Sequence record: NC_028448.1
Direction: 5' to 3' (one strand)
DNA: 64,000 bases
Source of the DNA: Escherichia phage slur14
Shown here: piece after piece, positions 19,021-31,034 of the stretch
Position numbering within the stretch: the first letter of the stretch is position 1
How the letters are laid out: every line of letters begins with the position of its first letter
The notes under the pieces: generated by a model
The model's database searches: none
What the model was told of the DNA's origin: nothing
The model's input: the letters and a program-made list of their open reading frames with translations, nothing else
Program-made: the position numbers and the translations under genes

Positions 19021-20731
19021 TAACCTTAATTGGTTTGTTGGTGTTGTTGAAGATAGAATGGACCCATTAAAATTAGGTCGTGTTCGTGTTCGTGTGGTTG
19101 GTCTGCATCCACCACAAAGAGCGCAAGGTGATGTAATGGGTATTCCAACTGAAAAATTACCATGGATGTCAGTTATTCAACCTATAACTTCTGCAGCAAT
19201 GTCTGGAATTGGAGGTTCTGTTACTGGACCGGTAGAAGGAACTAGAGTTTATGGTCATTTTTTAGACAAATGGAAAACTAACGGAATTGTCCTTGGCACG
19301 TATGGTGGAATAGTTCGCGAAAAACCGAATAGACTTGAAGGATTTTCTGACCCAACTGGGCAATATCCTAGACGTTTAGGAAATGATACGAACGTATTAA
19401 ACCAAGGTGGTGATGTAGGATATGATTCCTCTTCTAATGTTATTCAAGATAGTAACTTAGACACCGCAATAAATCCCGATGATAGACCACTATCAGAGAT
19501 TCCAACTGATGATAATCCAAATATGTCAATGGCTGAAATGCTTCGCCGTGATGAAGGATTAAGACTAAAAGTTTATTGGGATACTGAAGGATATCCGACA
19601 ATTGGTATTGGTCATCTTATCATGAAGCAGCCAGTTCGTGATATGGCTCAAATTAATAAAGTTTTATCGAAACAAGTTGGTCGTGAAATTACTGGAAACC
19701 CAGGTTCTATTACAATGGAAGAGGCGACGACTCTATTTGAACGTGATTTGGCTGATATGCAACGCGACATTAAATCACATTCTAAAGTAGGACCAGTCTG
19801 GCAAGCTGTCAACCGTTCTCGCCAAATGGCATTAGAAAATATGGCATTTCAGATGGGTGTTGGCGGTGTAGCTAAATTTAACACAATGTTAACTGCTATG
19901 TTAGCAGGAGATTGGGAAAAAGCATATAAAGCCGGTCGTGATTCATTGTGGTATCAACAAACAAAAGGCCGTGCATCCCGTGTTACCATGATTATTCTTA
20001 CGGGGAATTTGGAATCATATGGTGTTGAAGTGAAAACTCCAGCTAGGTCTTTATCGGCAATGGCTGCGACTGTAGCTAAATCTTCTGACCCTGCTGACCC
20101 TCCTATTCCAAATGACTCGAGAATTTTATTCAAAGAACCAGTTTCTTCATATAAAGGCGAATATCCTTATGTGCATACAATGGAAACTGAAAGTGGACAT
20201 ATTCAGGAATTTGATGATACCCCTGGGCAAGAACGATACAGATTAGTTCATCCAACTGGAACTTATGAAGAAGTATCACCGTCAGGAAGAAGAACAAGAA
20301 AAACTGTTGATAATTTGTATGATATAACCAATGCTGATGGTAATTTTTTGGTAGCCGGTGATAAAAAGACTAACGTCGGTGGATCAGAAATTTATTACAA
20401 CATGGATAATCGTCTTCACCAAATAGATGGAAGCAATACGATATTTGTTAGAGGCGATGAAACTAAGACGGTTGAAGGTAATGGAACTATCCTAGTTAAA
20501 GGTAATGTTACTATTGTAGTTGAAGGTAATGCTGACATTACAGTTAAAGGAGATGCTACCACTTTAGTTGAAGGTAATCAAACTAATACAGTAAATGGAA
20601 ATCTTTCTTGGAAAGTTGCTGGGACAGTTGATTGGGACGTTGGTGGTGATTGGACAGAAAAAATGGCATCTATGAGTTCTATTTCATCTGGTCAATACAC
20701 AATTGATGGATCGAGGATTGACATTGGCTAA
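19004..20731 (+). CDS. 5: gp5 baseplate hub / tail-associated lysozyme with beta-helix spike
   Basis: 575 aa; lysozyme domain MAEMLRRDEGLRLKVYWDTEGYPTIGIGHL; C-terminal VxGxxxxx repeats (VKGNVTIVVEGNADITVKGD...). Confidence 0.95.
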   Translation: MEMISNNLNWFVGVVEDRMDPLKLGRVRVRVVGLHPPQRAQGDVMGIPTEKLPWMSVIQPITSAAMSGIGGSVTGPVEGTRVYGHFLDKWKTNGIVLGTYGGIVREKPNRLEGFSDPTGQYPRRLGNDTNVLNQGGDVGYDSSSNVIQDSNLDTAINPDDRPLSEIPTDDNPNMSMAEMLRRDEGLRLKVYWDTEGYPTIGIGHLIMKQPVRDMAQINKVLSKQVGREITGNPGSITMEEATTLFERDLADMQRDIKSHSKVGPVWQAVNRSRQMALENMAFQMGVGGVAKFNTMLTAMLAGDWEKAYKAGRDSLWYQQTKGRASRVTMIILTGNLESYGVEVKTPARSLSAMAATVAKSSDPADPPIPNDSRILFKEPVSSYKGEYPYVHTMETESGHIQEFDDTPGQERYRLVHPTGTYEEVSPSGRRTRKTVDNLYDITNADGNFLVAGDKKTNVGGSEIYYNMDNRLHQIDGSNTIFVRGDETKTVEGNGTILVKGNVTIVVEGNADITVKGDATTLVEGNQTNTVNGNLSWKVAGTVDWDVGGDWTEKMASMSSISSGQYTIDGSRIDIG

Positions 20732-20765
20732 TATACTTCCAATGAGCGCTGATTTAGGAGAATCC

Positions 20766-21260
20766 ATGGAAGGTTCTTCTATCGACGTCACCTTTACCGC
20801 TCAATTAGAAACAGGTGAAACGTTAGTATCTATAAATATAACTAGTTACGAAGAAACTCCTGGGGTTTTAGTAGAAGAAAATCGCTTATACGGAACATAT
20901 GAATCTGTGTTTGGATTTGGAAATGACGCGTTGAAATATCGTTTAGGTGATGAATTTAAAACTGCTGCTTCATGGGAAGAACTTCCTACTGATTCTGACA
21001 CTCAGTTGTATTTGTGGAAAGCTCCTAAAAACCTCCAGAAGACATTCACTTACGAAGTAACATTAATATATGACTACCAAGAACAAAGTGAATCTGGAGG
21101 TTCTGGCAGTAATTCTAGGTCATCTTCTGATACTACTGAACCAACGGATCCTCCTGCTCCAATAAGAAAAACTCTCGTTAAAAATTATACTAAAACTATA
21201 GTTGGAAATTGGAGTCGTTGGGCTAATAAACTGAGAAGCTATGTGTATGAGAGGCCATAA
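20766..21260 (+). CDS. hypothetical protein (T4 5.1 position)
   Basis: ATG 20766 preceded by TAGGAG RBS; ORF-track 20703 start is TTG overlapping gene 5; start choice uncertain. Confidence 0.5.
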
Positions 21261-21554
21261 ATGTCAGGATTAAGTTATGATAAGTGTGTTACTGCTGGCC
21301 ATGAAGCGTGGCCTCCAACAGTTGTGAATGCTACACAAAGTAAAGTATTCACTGGAGGAATTGCTGTTCTAGTAGCAGGCGATCCAATTACAGAACATAC
21401 AGAAATTAAAAAGCCATATGAAACACATGGCGGAGTGACACAACCTAGAACTTCTAAGGTATATGTCACAGGAAAGAAAGCTGTTCAAATGGCTGATCCA
21501 ATATCATGCGGTGATACTGTGGCTCAGGCATCATCTAAAGTATTCATTAAATAG
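21261..21554 (+). CDS. 5.4: gp5.4 PAAR-repeat spike tip protein
   Basis: 97 aa; length and position match T4 gp5.4. Confidence 0.75.
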
Positions 21555-21562
21555 GATTTAAA

Positions 21563-23545
21563 ATGGCAAATACCCCTGTAAATTATCAATTAACAAGAAC
21601 AGCAAATGCTATTCCCGAGATATTCGTCGGGGGTACGTTTGCTGAAATAAAACAAAACCTCATTGAATGGCTTAATGGCCAAAATGAATTTTTGGATTAT
21701 GATTTTGAAGGCTCAAGATTAAACGTTCTGTGTGACCTTTTGGCTTATAATACGCTGTACATTCAGCAGTTTGGTAATGCTGCTGTGTATGAAAGCTTTA
21801 TGCGTACTGCTAACTTACGAAGTTCAGTTGTTCAAGCTGCGCAAGATAACGGATATTTACCTACTTCAAAATCCGCTGCGCAGACCGAAATTATGTTAAC
21901 ATGCACAGATGCATTGAATAGAAATTACATTACTATTCCTCGCGGAACTCGCTTTTTAGCATATGCAAAAGATACTTCTGTTAATCCATATAACTTCGTT
22001 TCTACCGAAGACGTTATTGCTATTCGTGATAAAAATAACCAATATTTTCCACGTTTAAAATTGGCCCAGGGACGTATAGTAAGAACTGAAATCATTTATG
22101 ATAAATTAACACCTATTATCATTTATGATAAAAATATTGATAGAAACCAGGTTAAATTATATGTTGATGGAGCGGAATGGATTAACTGGACGAGAAAGTC
22201 AATGGTTCATGCTGGTTCAACATCAACGATTTACTATATGCGTGAAACTATTGATGGAAACACTGAATTCTATTTTGGCGAAGGTGAAATTTCTGTTAAT
22301 GCTTCTGAAGGAGCTTTGACCGCTAATTATATCGGAGGTCTTAAACCTACCCAGAACTCTACGATTGTTATTGAGTACATCAGTACTAACGGTGCAGATG
22401 CGAATGGCGCAGTCGGATTTTCATATGCAGATACATTAACAAATATAACTGTCATCAATATTAATGAAAATCCAAACGACGACCCAGATTTTGTCGGAGC
22501 AGATGGCGGCGGTGATCCAGAAGATATTGAGCGTATTCGCGAATTGGGTACTATTAAACGCGAAACCCAGCAACGCTGCGTAACTGCGACTGATTATGAT
22601 ACATTCGTTTCAGAGAGATTTGGTTCTATTATTCAAGCTGTTCAGACTTTCACTGATTCTACTAAACCTGGGTATGCATTTATTGCTGCTAAACCTAAAT
22701 CAGGATTGTATTTAACTACTGTGCAACGTGAAGATATTAAAAATTATCTCAAAGACTATAATTTAGCTCCTATTACGCCATCAATTATTTCTCCTAATTA
22801 TCTTTTTATTAAGACTAATTTAAAAGTCACATACGCTTTAAATAAGCTGCAAGAATCCGAACAGTGGCTCGAAGGTCAAATAATTGATAAAATTGATCGT
22901 TATTATACTGAAGATGTAGAAATTTTTAACTCGTCTTTTGCCAAGTCTAAGATGTTGACGTATGTAGATGATGCAGATCATTCTATCATTGGTTCATCAG
23001 CGACAATTCAAATTGTTCGTGAAGTACAAAACTTCTATAAAACGCCTGAAGCAGGTATTAAATACAATAATCAAATAAAAGATCGTTCTATGGAATCTAA
23101 TACGTTTTCATTTAATTCTGGACGAAAGGTTGTAAATCCTGATACTGGTTTAGAAGAAGATGTATTATATGACGTTCGTATAGTATCAACAGACCGAGAT
23201 TCTAAAGGAATTGGTAAAGTTATTATTGGTCCATTTGCTTCTGGCGATGTTACAGAAAATGAAAACATTCAGCCGTATACAGGCAACGATTTTAACAAAT
23301 TAGCAAATTCTGATGGACGCGACAAATACTATGTTATCGGTGAAATAAATTATCCAGCTGACATGATTTATTGGAATATCGCTAAAATTAATTTAACATC
23401 TGAAAAATTTGAAGTTCAGACTATTGAATTATATTCTGACCCAACCGATGATGTTATCTTTACTCGCGATGGTTCACTGATTGTATTTGAAAATGACTTA
23501 CGTCCACAATACTTAACTATCGATTTGGAGCCTATATCACAATGA
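21563..23545 (+). CDS. 6: gp6 baseplate wedge protein
   Basis: 660 aa; length and order match T4 gp6. Confidence 0.85.
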   Translation: MANTPVNYQLTRTANAIPEIFVGGTFAEIKQNLIEWLNGQNEFLDYDFEGSRLNVLCDLLAYNTLYIQQFGNAAVYESFMRTANLRSSVVQAAQDNGYLPTSKSAAQTEIMLTCTDALNRNYITIPRGTRFLAYAKDTSVNPYNFVSTEDVIAIRDKNNQYFPRLKLAQGRIVRTEIIYDKLTPIIIYDKNIDRNQVKLYVDGAEWINWTRKSMVHAGSTSTIYYMRETIDGNTEFYFGEGEISVNASEGALTANYIGGLKPTQNSTIVIEYISTNGADANGAVGFSYADTLTNITVININENPNDDPDFVGADGGGDPEDIERIRELGTIKRETQQRCVTATDYDTFVSERFGSIIQAVQTFTDSTKPGYAFIAAKPKSGLYLTTVQREDIKNYLKDYNLAPITPSIISPNYLFIKTNLKVTYALNKLQESEQWLEGQIIDKIDRYYTEDVEIFNSSFAKSKMLTYVDDADHSIIGSSATIQIVREVQNFYKTPEAGIKYNNQIKDRSMESNTFSFNSGRKVVNPDTGLEEDVLYDVRIVSTDRDSKGIGKVIIGPFASGDVTENENIQPYTGNDFNKLANSDGRDKYYVIGEINYPADMIYWNIAKINLTSEKFEVQTIELYSDPTDDVIFTRDGSLIVFENDLRPQYLTIDLEPISQ

Positions 23546-26500
23546 CAGTAAAAGCACCTTCAGTCACTAGTCTCAGAATTTCCAAGTTATCCGCAAATCA
23601 GGTGCAAGTACGCTGGGATGACGTTGGTGCTAATTTCTACTATTTTGTAGAAATCGCTGAGACAAAAACAAACTCGGGGGAAAAACTCCCGAGTAATCAA
23701 TATCGTTGGATTAATTTAGGATATACTGCAAATAACAGCTTCTTTTTTGATGATGCTGATCCATTGACATCATACATTATTAGAGTAGCCACAGCTGCGC
23801 AAGATTTTGAGCAGTCTGATTGGATTTATACTGAAGAGTTTGAAACTTTTGCTACGAATGCTTACACATTTCAAAACATGATTGAAATGCAATTAGCTAA
23901 TAAATTCATTCAGGAAAAGTTCACTCTTAATAATTCTGATTATGTTAATTTTAATAATGACACCATAATGGCTGCATTGATGAATGAATCATTTCAATTC
24001 AGCCCATCGTATGTTGATGTTTCATCAATAAGTAATTTTATTATTGGTGAAAATGAGTATCATGAAATACAAGGTTCTATTCAGCAAGTATGTAAGGATA
24101 TTAACCGAGTTTATTTGATGGAATCAGAAGGAATTCTATATCTTTTTGAGCGCTATCAACCTGTAGTTAAAGTATCCAATGATAAAGGACAAACCTGGAA
24201 AGCTGTAAAGCTCTTCAATGACCGTGTAGGATATCCTTTATCTAAGACAGTATATTACCAATCTGCGAACACAACATACGTTCTAGGATACGACAAGATT
24301 TTCTATGGCCGCAAATCTACTGATGTTAGATGGTCAGCAGATGATGTCAGATTCAGTTCACAGGATATAACATTTGCTAAATTAGGAGACCAACTTCATT
24401 TAGGATTTGATGTAGAAATTTTTGCCACTTACGCGACTTTGCCAGCTAATGTATACCGCATTGCAGAAGCTATTACTTGCACCGATGATTACATTTACGT
24501 TGTCGCCAGAGACAAAGTTAGATACATAAAAACGAGTAATGCACCTATAGATTCTGATCCATTATCTCCAACATATTCGGAAAGACTTTTTGAACCTGAT
24601 ACCATGACTATAACCGGAAATCCTAAAGCAGTATGTTATAAAATGGATTCTATCGGTGATAAAGTTTTTGCTCTTATTATTGGTGAAGTTGAAACATTAA
24701 ATGCTAATCCTAGAACATCAAAAATAATTGATTCCGCTGATAAAGGAATATATGTTTTAAATCATGATGAAAAAACATGGAAAAGAGTTTTTGGTAATAC
24801 CGAAGAAGAAAGAAGACGTATTCAACCCGGATATGCGAATATGTCAACTGATGGTAAATTAGTTTCTCTGTCTTCGAGTAATTTTAAATTTTTAAGTGAT
24901 AACGTTGTTAATGACCCTGAAACTGCTGTAAAATACCAGTTAATCGGTGCTGTTAAATATGAATTTCCTCGTGAATGGTTAGCTGATAAACATTATCATA
25001 TGATGGCGTTTATAGCGGATGAAAAATCTGATTGGGAGACTTTTACTCCTCAACCGATGAAATACTACGCAGAACCGTTCTTTAATTGGTCTAAAAAATC
25101 TAACACACGTTGTTGGATAAACAACTCTGATAGAGCTGTAGTAGTTTATGCCGATTTAAAATACACTAAAGTTATAGAAAATATTCCGGAAACATCACCA
25201 GATAGATTAGTTCATGAATACTGGGATGATGGTGATTGCACTATAGTAATGCCAAATGTCAAATTCACTGGATTTAAAAAATACGCATCAGGAATGCTTT
25301 TCTACAAAGCCTCCGGTGAAATAATTTCTTACTATGATTTTAACTATCGTGTGAGAGATACAGTAGAAATTATTTGGAAGCCAACTGAAGTATTTTTAAA
25401 AGCATTTTTACAAAACCAAGAGCATGAGACTCCTTGGTCACCAGAAGAAGAGCGTGGATTAGCTGACCCTGATTTAAGACCATTAATTGGCACAATGATG
25501 CCTGATTCTTATTTGTTACAGGATTCGAATTTTGAAGCATTTTGCGAAGCATATATTCAATATCTTTCTGATGGATATGGAACTCAGTATAACAATTTAC
25601 GAAATTTAATTCGTAACCAATATCCACGAGAAGAGCATGCATGGGAATATTTGTGGTCAGAGATATATAAAAGAAACATTTATTTAAATGCTGACAAACG
25701 CGATGCTGTTGCGAGATTCTTTGAATCACGTAGCTATGATTTTTATTCTACTAAAGGAATTGAAGCATCATACAAATTTCTTTTTAAAGTTCTTTATAAT
25801 GAAGAAGTTGAAATTGAAATTGAATCTGGGGCTGGTACTGAATATGACATAATCGTTCAATCTGATTCTTTGACTGAAGATTTAGTAGGACAAACGATTT
25901 ATACGGCAACAGGAAGATGTAATGTTACTTATATAGAAAGAAGCTATTCTAATGGTAAATTGCAATGGACCGTAACTATTCATAATCTTTTAGGACGATT
26001 AATTGCTGGTCAAGAAGTTAAAGCAGAAAGACTCCCTAGTTTTGAAGGCGAAATTATTCGTGGGGTTAAAGGAAAGGATTTGCTTCAAAACAATATAGAC
26101 TATATTAATAGAAGTAGATCATACTATGTAATGAAAATTAAATCCAATTTACCTTCTTCCCGCTGGAAATCTGACGTTATTCGTTTTGTTCATCCAGTAG
26201 GATTTGGATTTATAGCAATTACCCTTTTAACAATGTTTATTAATGTTGGTTTAACTCTTAAACATACAGAGACTATAATTAATAAATACAAAAACTATAA
26301 ATGGGATTCTGGATTGCCTACTGAATATGCTGATAGAGTAGCTAAATTGACTCCAACTGGTGAAATTGAGCATGATTCGGTAACAGGCGAAGCAATTTAT
26401 GAGCCTGGCCCAATGGCTGGTGTAGAATATCCTCTTCCTGATGACTATAATGCTGAAAATAACAATTCAATATTTCAAGGTCAATTGCCGTCTGAACGAC

Positions 26501-26640
26501 GTAAATTAATGAGTCCTTTATTTGATGCATCTGGAACAACATTTGCGCAATTTAGAGATTTAGTTAATAAACGTCTAAAAGATAATATAGGAAATCCAAG
26601 AGACCCTGAAAATCCAACACAGGTTAAAATAGATGAATGA
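23542..26640 (+). CDS. 7: gp7 baseplate wedge protein
   Basis: 1032 aa; length and order match T4 gp7; ATGA overlap with gene 6. Confidence 0.85.
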   Translation: MTVKAPSVTSLRISKLSANQVQVRWDDVGANFYYFVEIAETKTNSGEKLPSNQYRWINLGYTANNSFFFDDADPLTSYIIRVATAAQDFEQSDWIYTEEFETFATNAYTFQNMIEMQLANKFIQEKFTLNNSDYVNFNNDTIMAALMNESFQFSPSYVDVSSISNFIIGENEYHEIQGSIQQVCKDINRVYLMESEGILYLFERYQPVVKVSNDKGQTWKAVKLFNDRVGYPLSKTVYYQSANTTYVLGYDKIFYGRKSTDVRWSADDVRFSSQDITFAKLGDQLHLGFDVEIFATYATLPANVYRIAEAITCTDDYIYVVARDKVRYIKTSNAPIDSDPLSPTYSERLFEPDTMTITGNPKAVCYKMDSIGDKVFALIIGEVETLNANPRTSKIIDSADKGIYVLNHDEKTWKRVFGNTEEERRRIQPGYANMSTDGKLVSLSSSNFKFLSDNVVNDPETAVKYQLIGAVKYEFPREWLADKHYHMMAFIADEKSDWETFTPQPMKYYAEPFFNWSKKSNTRCWINNSDRAVVVYADLKYTKVIENIPETSPDRLVHEYWDDGDCTIVMPNVKFTGFKKYASGMLFYKASGEIISYYDFNYRVRDTVEIIWKPTEVFLKAFLQNQEHETPWSPEEERGLADPDLRPLIGTMMPDSYLLQDSNFEAFCEAYIQYLSDGYGTQYNNLRNLIRNQYPREEHAWEYLWSEIYKRNIYLNADKRDAVARFFESRSYDFYSTKGIEASYKFLFKVLYNEEVEIEIESGAGTEYDIIVQSDSLTEDLVGQTIYTATGRCNVTYIERSYSNGKLQWTVTIHNLLGRLIAGQEVKAERLPSFEGEIIRGVKGKDLLQNNIDYINRSRSYYVMKIKSNLPSSRWKSDVIRFVHPVGFGFIAITLLTMFINVGLTLKHTETIINKYKNYKWDSGLPTEYADRVAKLTPTGEIEHDSVTGEAIYEPGPMAGVEYPLPDDYNAENNNSIFQGQLPSERRKLMSPLFDASGTTFAQFRDLVNKRLKDNIGNPRDPENPTQVKIDE

Positions 26641-27637
26641 TTCAAGTGTTATCTATCGTGCGATAGTTACTTCAAAATTTAGAACAGAAAAAATGTTGAA
26701 TTTTTATAATTCAATTGGAAGTGGTCCGGATAAAAACACTATCTTTATCACATTTGGAAGATCAGAACCATGGTCATCAAATGAAAATGAGGTGGGCTTT
26801 GCCCCACCTTATCCTACCGATTCTGTATTAGGCGTAACTGACATGTGGACGCATATGATGGGAACAGTAAAGGTTCTTCCATCAATGCTTGATGCTGTTA
26901 TTCCTCGTAGAGATTGGGGAGATACTAGATATCCGGATCCATACACATTTAGAATTAACGATATTGTAGTGTGTAACTCAGCTCCTTACAACGCTACTGA
27001 ATCAGGCGCAGGCTGGTTAGTATATCGTTGTTTAGATGTTCCTGATACCGGAATGTGTTCAATCGCATCTTTAACTGATAAGGATGAATGCCTTAAGTTA
27101 GGTGGAAAATGGACTCCTTCTGCTAGGTCAATGACTCCTCCTGAAGGTCGAGGAGATGCTGAAGGAACAATTGAACCTGGGGACGGATATGTTTGGGAAT
27201 ATCTTTTTGAGATTCCGCCTGATGTATCTATAAATAGATGTACGAATGAATATATCGTGGTTCCTTGGCCTGAGGAATTAAAAGAAGACCCGACTAGATG
27301 GGGGTATGAAGATAATCTCACTTGGCAACAAGATGATTTTGGATTAATTTACCGTGTTAAGGCAAATACTATCCGTTTTAAAGCATATTTAGATTCAGTT
27401 TATTTTCCTGAGGCTGCATTGCCGGGAAATAAAGGATTTAGACAAATATCAATAATCACGAATCCTCTTGAAGCTAAAGCTCATCCAAATGACCCAAACG
27501 TTAAAGCTGAAAAGGATTATTATGACCCGGAAGATTTAATGAGGCATTCGGGCGAAATGATTTATATGGAAAATAGGCCACCTATTATTATGGCAATGGA
27601 TCAAACAGAAGAAATCAATATTCTGTTTACATTTTAA
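26633..27637 (+). CDS. 8: gp8 baseplate wedge protein
   Basis: 334 aa; length and order match T4 gp8. Confidence 0.85.
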   Translation: MNDSSVIYRAIVTSKFRTEKMLNFYNSIGSGPDKNTIFITFGRSEPWSSNENEVGFAPPYPTDSVLGVTDMWTHMMGTVKVLPSMLDAVIPRRDWGDTRYPDPYTFRINDIVVCNSAPYNATESGAGWLVYRCLDVPDTGMCSIASLTDKDECLKLGGKWTPSARSMTPPEGRGDAEGTIEPGDGYVWEYLFEIPPDVSINRCTNEYIVVPWPEELKEDPTRWGYEDNLTWQQDDFGLIYRVKANTIRFKAYLDSVYFPEAALPGNKGFRQISIITNPLEAKAHPNDPNVKAEKDYYDPEDLMRHSGEMIYMENRPPIIMAMDQTEEINILFTF

Positions 27638-27642
27638 ATTAA

Positions 27643-27666
27643 GGGAGCCCATGGGCTCCCTTTTTC
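27643..27666 (+). terminator. rho-independent terminator after gene 8
   Basis: GGGAGC-CCATGG-GCTCCC hairpin followed by TTTTTCTTT. Confidence 0.7.
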
Positions 27667-27668
27667 TT

Positions 27669-27676
27669 TATAAATA
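27669..27676 (+). promoter_or_regulatory. late promoter TATAAATA for gene 9
   Basis: Exact TATAAATA 25 nt upstream of ATG 27701. Confidence 0.65.
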
Positions 27677-27700
27677 CTATAAACTCATAAGGAAACCGCT

Positions 27701-28567
27701 ATGTTCATTCAAGAACCAAAGAAATTGATTGATACCGGCGAAATTGGTAACGCTTCTACTGGTGATATCTTATTCGACGGTGGTAATAAAATTAATAGTG
27801 ATTTTAACGCAATTTATAATGCGTTTGGCGATCAGCGTAAAATGGCAGTAGCAAACGGCACTGGAGCAGATGGTCAAATTATTCATGCTACTGGATATTA
27901 TCAAAAACACTCTATTGCAGAGTACGCAACTCCAGTGAAAGTTGGCACTAGACATGATATTGATACCTCTACTGTAGGTGTTAAAGTTATCATTGAAAGA
28001 GGCGAACTCGGCGATTGTGTTGAATTCATTAACTCAAATGGATCAATATCAGTTACTAATCCTTTAACAATTCAAGCTATTGATTCAATTAAAGGTGTTT
28101 CGGGTAATTTAGTAGTAACTAGTCCATATAGTAAAGTAACTTTACGCTGTATTTCATCTGATAATTCTACGTCGGTTTGGAATTATTCTATTGAAAGTAT
28201 GTTTGGACAAAAGGAATCACCAGCTGAAGGTACATGGAATATTTCTACATCTGGATCAGTTGACATTCCATTATTTCATCGCACTGAATACAATATGGCT
28301 AAATTGCTAGTTACGTGCCAATCAGTAGATGGAAGAAAAATTAAAACGGCAGAAATAAATATTCTTGTGGATACTGTTAATTCAGAGGTCATTTCTTCTG
28401 AATATGCTGTCATGCGAGTTGGGAATGAAACCGAAGAAGACGAAATCGCTAATATTGCATTTAGTATTAAAGAAAATTATGTAACGGCGACTATAAGTTC
28501 TCCAACTGTCGGTATGAGAGCAGCAGTTAAAGTTATCGCTACGCAGAAAATCGGGGTGGCTCAATAA
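27701..28567 (+). CDS. 9: gp9 baseplate socket for long tail fibres
   Basis: 288 aa; MFIQEPKKLIDTGEIGNASTGDILFDGGNKINSDFNAIYN...; length matches T4 gp9. Confidence 0.9.
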   Translation: MFIQEPKKLIDTGEIGNASTGDILFDGGNKINSDFNAIYNAFGDQRKMAVANGTGADGQIIHATGYYQKHSIAEYATPVKVGTRHDIDTSTVGVKVIIERGELGDCVEFINSNGSISVTNPLTIQAIDSIKGVSGNLVVTSPYSKVTLRCISSDNSTSVWNYSIESMFGQKESPAEGTWNISTSGSVDIPLFHRTEYNMAKLLVTCQSVDGRKIKTAEINILVDTVNSEVISSEYAVMRVGNETEEDEIANIAFSIKENYVTATISSPTVGMRAAVKVIATQKIGVAQ

Positions 28568-30375
28568 TGAAACAAAATATTAATATCGGTAATGTTGTAG
28601 ATGATGGTACCGGTGACTACCTGCGTAAAGGTGGTATAAAAATAAATGAAAACTTTGATGAGCTTTATTATGAACTCGGTGATGGTGATGTTCCATATTC
28701 AGCTGGTGCCTGGAAAACTTATAATGCTTCATCAGGACAAACATTAACAGCAGAATGGGGAAAATCATACGCTATTAATACATCTTCTGGAAGAGTGACT
28801 ATAAATCTTCCAAAGGGTACAGTTAATGATTACAACAAGGTAATTAGAGCTAGAGACGTATTTGCTACATGGAACGTCAACCCAGTTACACTAGTAGCTG
28901 CTTCCGGCGATACGATTAAAGGGTCTGCAGTACCAGTTGAAATTAATGTTCAATTCAGCGATTTAGAACTAGTGTATTGTGCCCCAGGACGTTGGGAATA
29001 TGTCAAAAATAAACAAATTGACAAAATTACCAGTTCAGACATTAGTAATGTAGCTCGTAAAGAATTTTTAGTCGAAGTCCAAGGACAAACAGACTTTTTA
29101 GATGTTTTCCGTGGAACCAGTTATAATGTAAATAACATCAGAGTAAAACATCGTGGTAACGAATTGTATTACGGCGATGTGTTTAGCGAAAACAGCGATT
29201 TTGGCTCTCCGGGCGAAAATGAAGGAGAACTAGTTCCTCTTGATGGATTTAATATTCGATTAAGACAGCCTTGTAATATTGGTGACACTGTTCAAATTGA
29301 AACATTTATGGATGGTGTATCGCAGTGGAGAAGTTCATATACAAGACGTCAAATTAGATTGTTAGATTCAAAATTAACGTCAAAAACTTCTTTAGAAGGA
29401 AGTATTTACGTTACTGATTTATCAACAATGAAATCAATTCCATTTTCTGCTTTTGGATTAATTCCAGGAGAACCTATTAATCCTAATTCTCTTGAGGTTC
29501 GTTTTAACGGGATTTTGCAGGAATTGGCTGGAACAGTTGGAATGCCATTATTTCATTGTGTTGGTGCCGATTCAGACGATGAAGTAGAATGCTCTGTTTT
29601 AGGTGGAACTTGGGAACAATCTCATACCGATTATTCAGTTGAAACTGATGAAAACGGCATACCGGAAATTTTACATTTCGATAGAGTATTTGAGCATGGT
29701 GACATTATCAATATCACCTGGTTTAATAATGATTTGGGTACATTATTAACAAAAGATGAGATTATTGATGAAACTGATAATCTTTATGTATCGCAAGGAC
29801 CGGGAGTAGATATTTCTGGTGATGTAAATTTAACAGACTTCGATAAAATTGGTTGGCCAAATGTAGAAGCAGTTCAATCTTACCAACGCGAATTTAATGC
29901 TGTTTCAAATATCTTTGATACGATTTATCCTATTGGAACTATATATGAAAACGCTGTTAATCCAAATAACCCTGTTACATATATGGGATTCGGCTCATGG
30001 AAATTATTTGGGCAAGGAAAAGTTTTAGTTGGATGGAATGAAGATATTTCGGACCCTAACTTTGCTCTAAATAACAACGATTTAGATTCGGGTGGAAATC
30101 CTTCACATACTGCAGGTGGAACAGGTGGTTCTACTTCTGTTACATTGGAAAATGCTAATCTTCCTGCAACTGAAACAGATGAAGAAGTTCTAATAGTTGA
30201 TGAAAATGGATCAGTCATTGTTGGTGGGTGTCAATACGATCCAGATGAATCCGGTCCAATCTACACTAAATACCGTGAAGCTAAAGCATCTACTAACTCT
30301 ACTCACACTCCGCCAACATCAATAACTAACATTCAACCATATATTACAGTTTATCGTTGGATAAGGATTGCATAA
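28567..30375 (+). CDS. 10: gp10 baseplate wedge protein
   Basis: 602 aa; length and order match T4 gp10. Confidence 0.85.
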   Translation: MKQNINIGNVVDDGTGDYLRKGGIKINENFDELYYELGDGDVPYSAGAWKTYNASSGQTLTAEWGKSYAINTSSGRVTINLPKGTVNDYNKVIRARDVFATWNVNPVTLVAASGDTIKGSAVPVEINVQFSDLELVYCAPGRWEYVKNKQIDKITSSDISNVARKEFLVEVQGQTDFLDVFRGTSYNVNNIRVKHRGNELYYGDVFSENSDFGSPGENEGELVPLDGFNIRLRQPCNIGDTVQIETFMDGVSQWRSSYTRRQIRLLDSKLTSKTSLEGSIYVTDLSTMKSIPFSAFGLIPGEPINPNSLEVRFNGILQELAGTVGMPLFHCVGADSDDEVECSVLGGTWEQSHTDYSVETDENGIPEILHFDRVFEHGDIINITWFNNDLGTLLTKDEIIDETDNLYVSQGPGVDISGDVNLTDFDKIGWPNVEAVQSYQREFNAVSNIFDTIYPIGTIYENAVNPNNPVTYMGFGSWKLFGQGKVLVGWNEDISDPNFALNNNDLDSGGNPSHTAGGTGGSTSVTLENANLPATETDEEVLIVDENGSVIVGGCQYDPDESGPIYTKYREAKASTNSTHTPPTSITNIQPYITVYRWIRIA

Positions 30376-31034
30376 TGAGTTTACTTAATAATAAAGCGGG
30401 AGTTATTTCCCGCTTAGCCGATTTTCTTGGTTTTAGACCTAAAGCTGGTAATATAGATGTAATGAATCGTCAATCAGTTGGGTCAGTGACAATTTCTCAA
30501 TTAGCGAAAGGATTTTATGAACCAAACGTAGAATCAGCTATTAATGACGTTCATAATTTTTCTATAAAAGACGTTGGTACAATTATTACTAATAAAACTG
30601 GTGTTTCTCCTGAGGGCGTTTCTCAAACTGATTATTGGGCATTTTCAGGAACTGTGACAGATGATTCGCTTCCTCCTGGTTCTCCTGTTACTGTATTAGT
30701 ATTTGGTCTTCCAGTTTCAGCAACAACCGGAATGACAGCTATCGAGTTTGTTGCCAAAGTTCGTGTTGCACTACAAGAAGCTATTGCGTCATTTACTGCT
30801 ATCAATTCATATAAAGACCATCCAACAGATGGTAGTAAATTAGAAGTTACTTATTTAGACAATCAAAAACATGTATTAAGCACATATTCTACATATGGAA
30901 TAACTATTTCGCAGGAAATTATTTCTGAGTCTAAACCTGGCTATGGTACATGGAATTTATTAGGCGCACAAACTGTAACTTTAGATAATCAGCAGACTCC
31001 TACAGTACTTTATCATTTTGAGAGAACAGCATGA
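30375..31034 (+). CDS. 11: gp11 baseplate wedge / short-fibre attachment protein
   Basis: 219 aa from ATG 30375 (TAATG overlap with gene 10); ORF-track start 30357 is upstream non-ATG. Confidence 0.85.
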   Translation: MSLLNNKAGVISRLADFLGFRPKAGNIDVMNRQSVGSVTISQLAKGFYEPNVESAINDVHNFSIKDVGTIITNKTGVSPEGVSQTDYWAFSGTVTDDSLPPGSPVTVLVFGLPVSATTGMTAIEFVAKVRVALQEAIASFTAINSYKDHPTDGSKLEVTYLDNQKHVLSTYSTYGITISQEIISESKPGYGTWNLLGAQTVTLDNQQTPTVLYHFERTA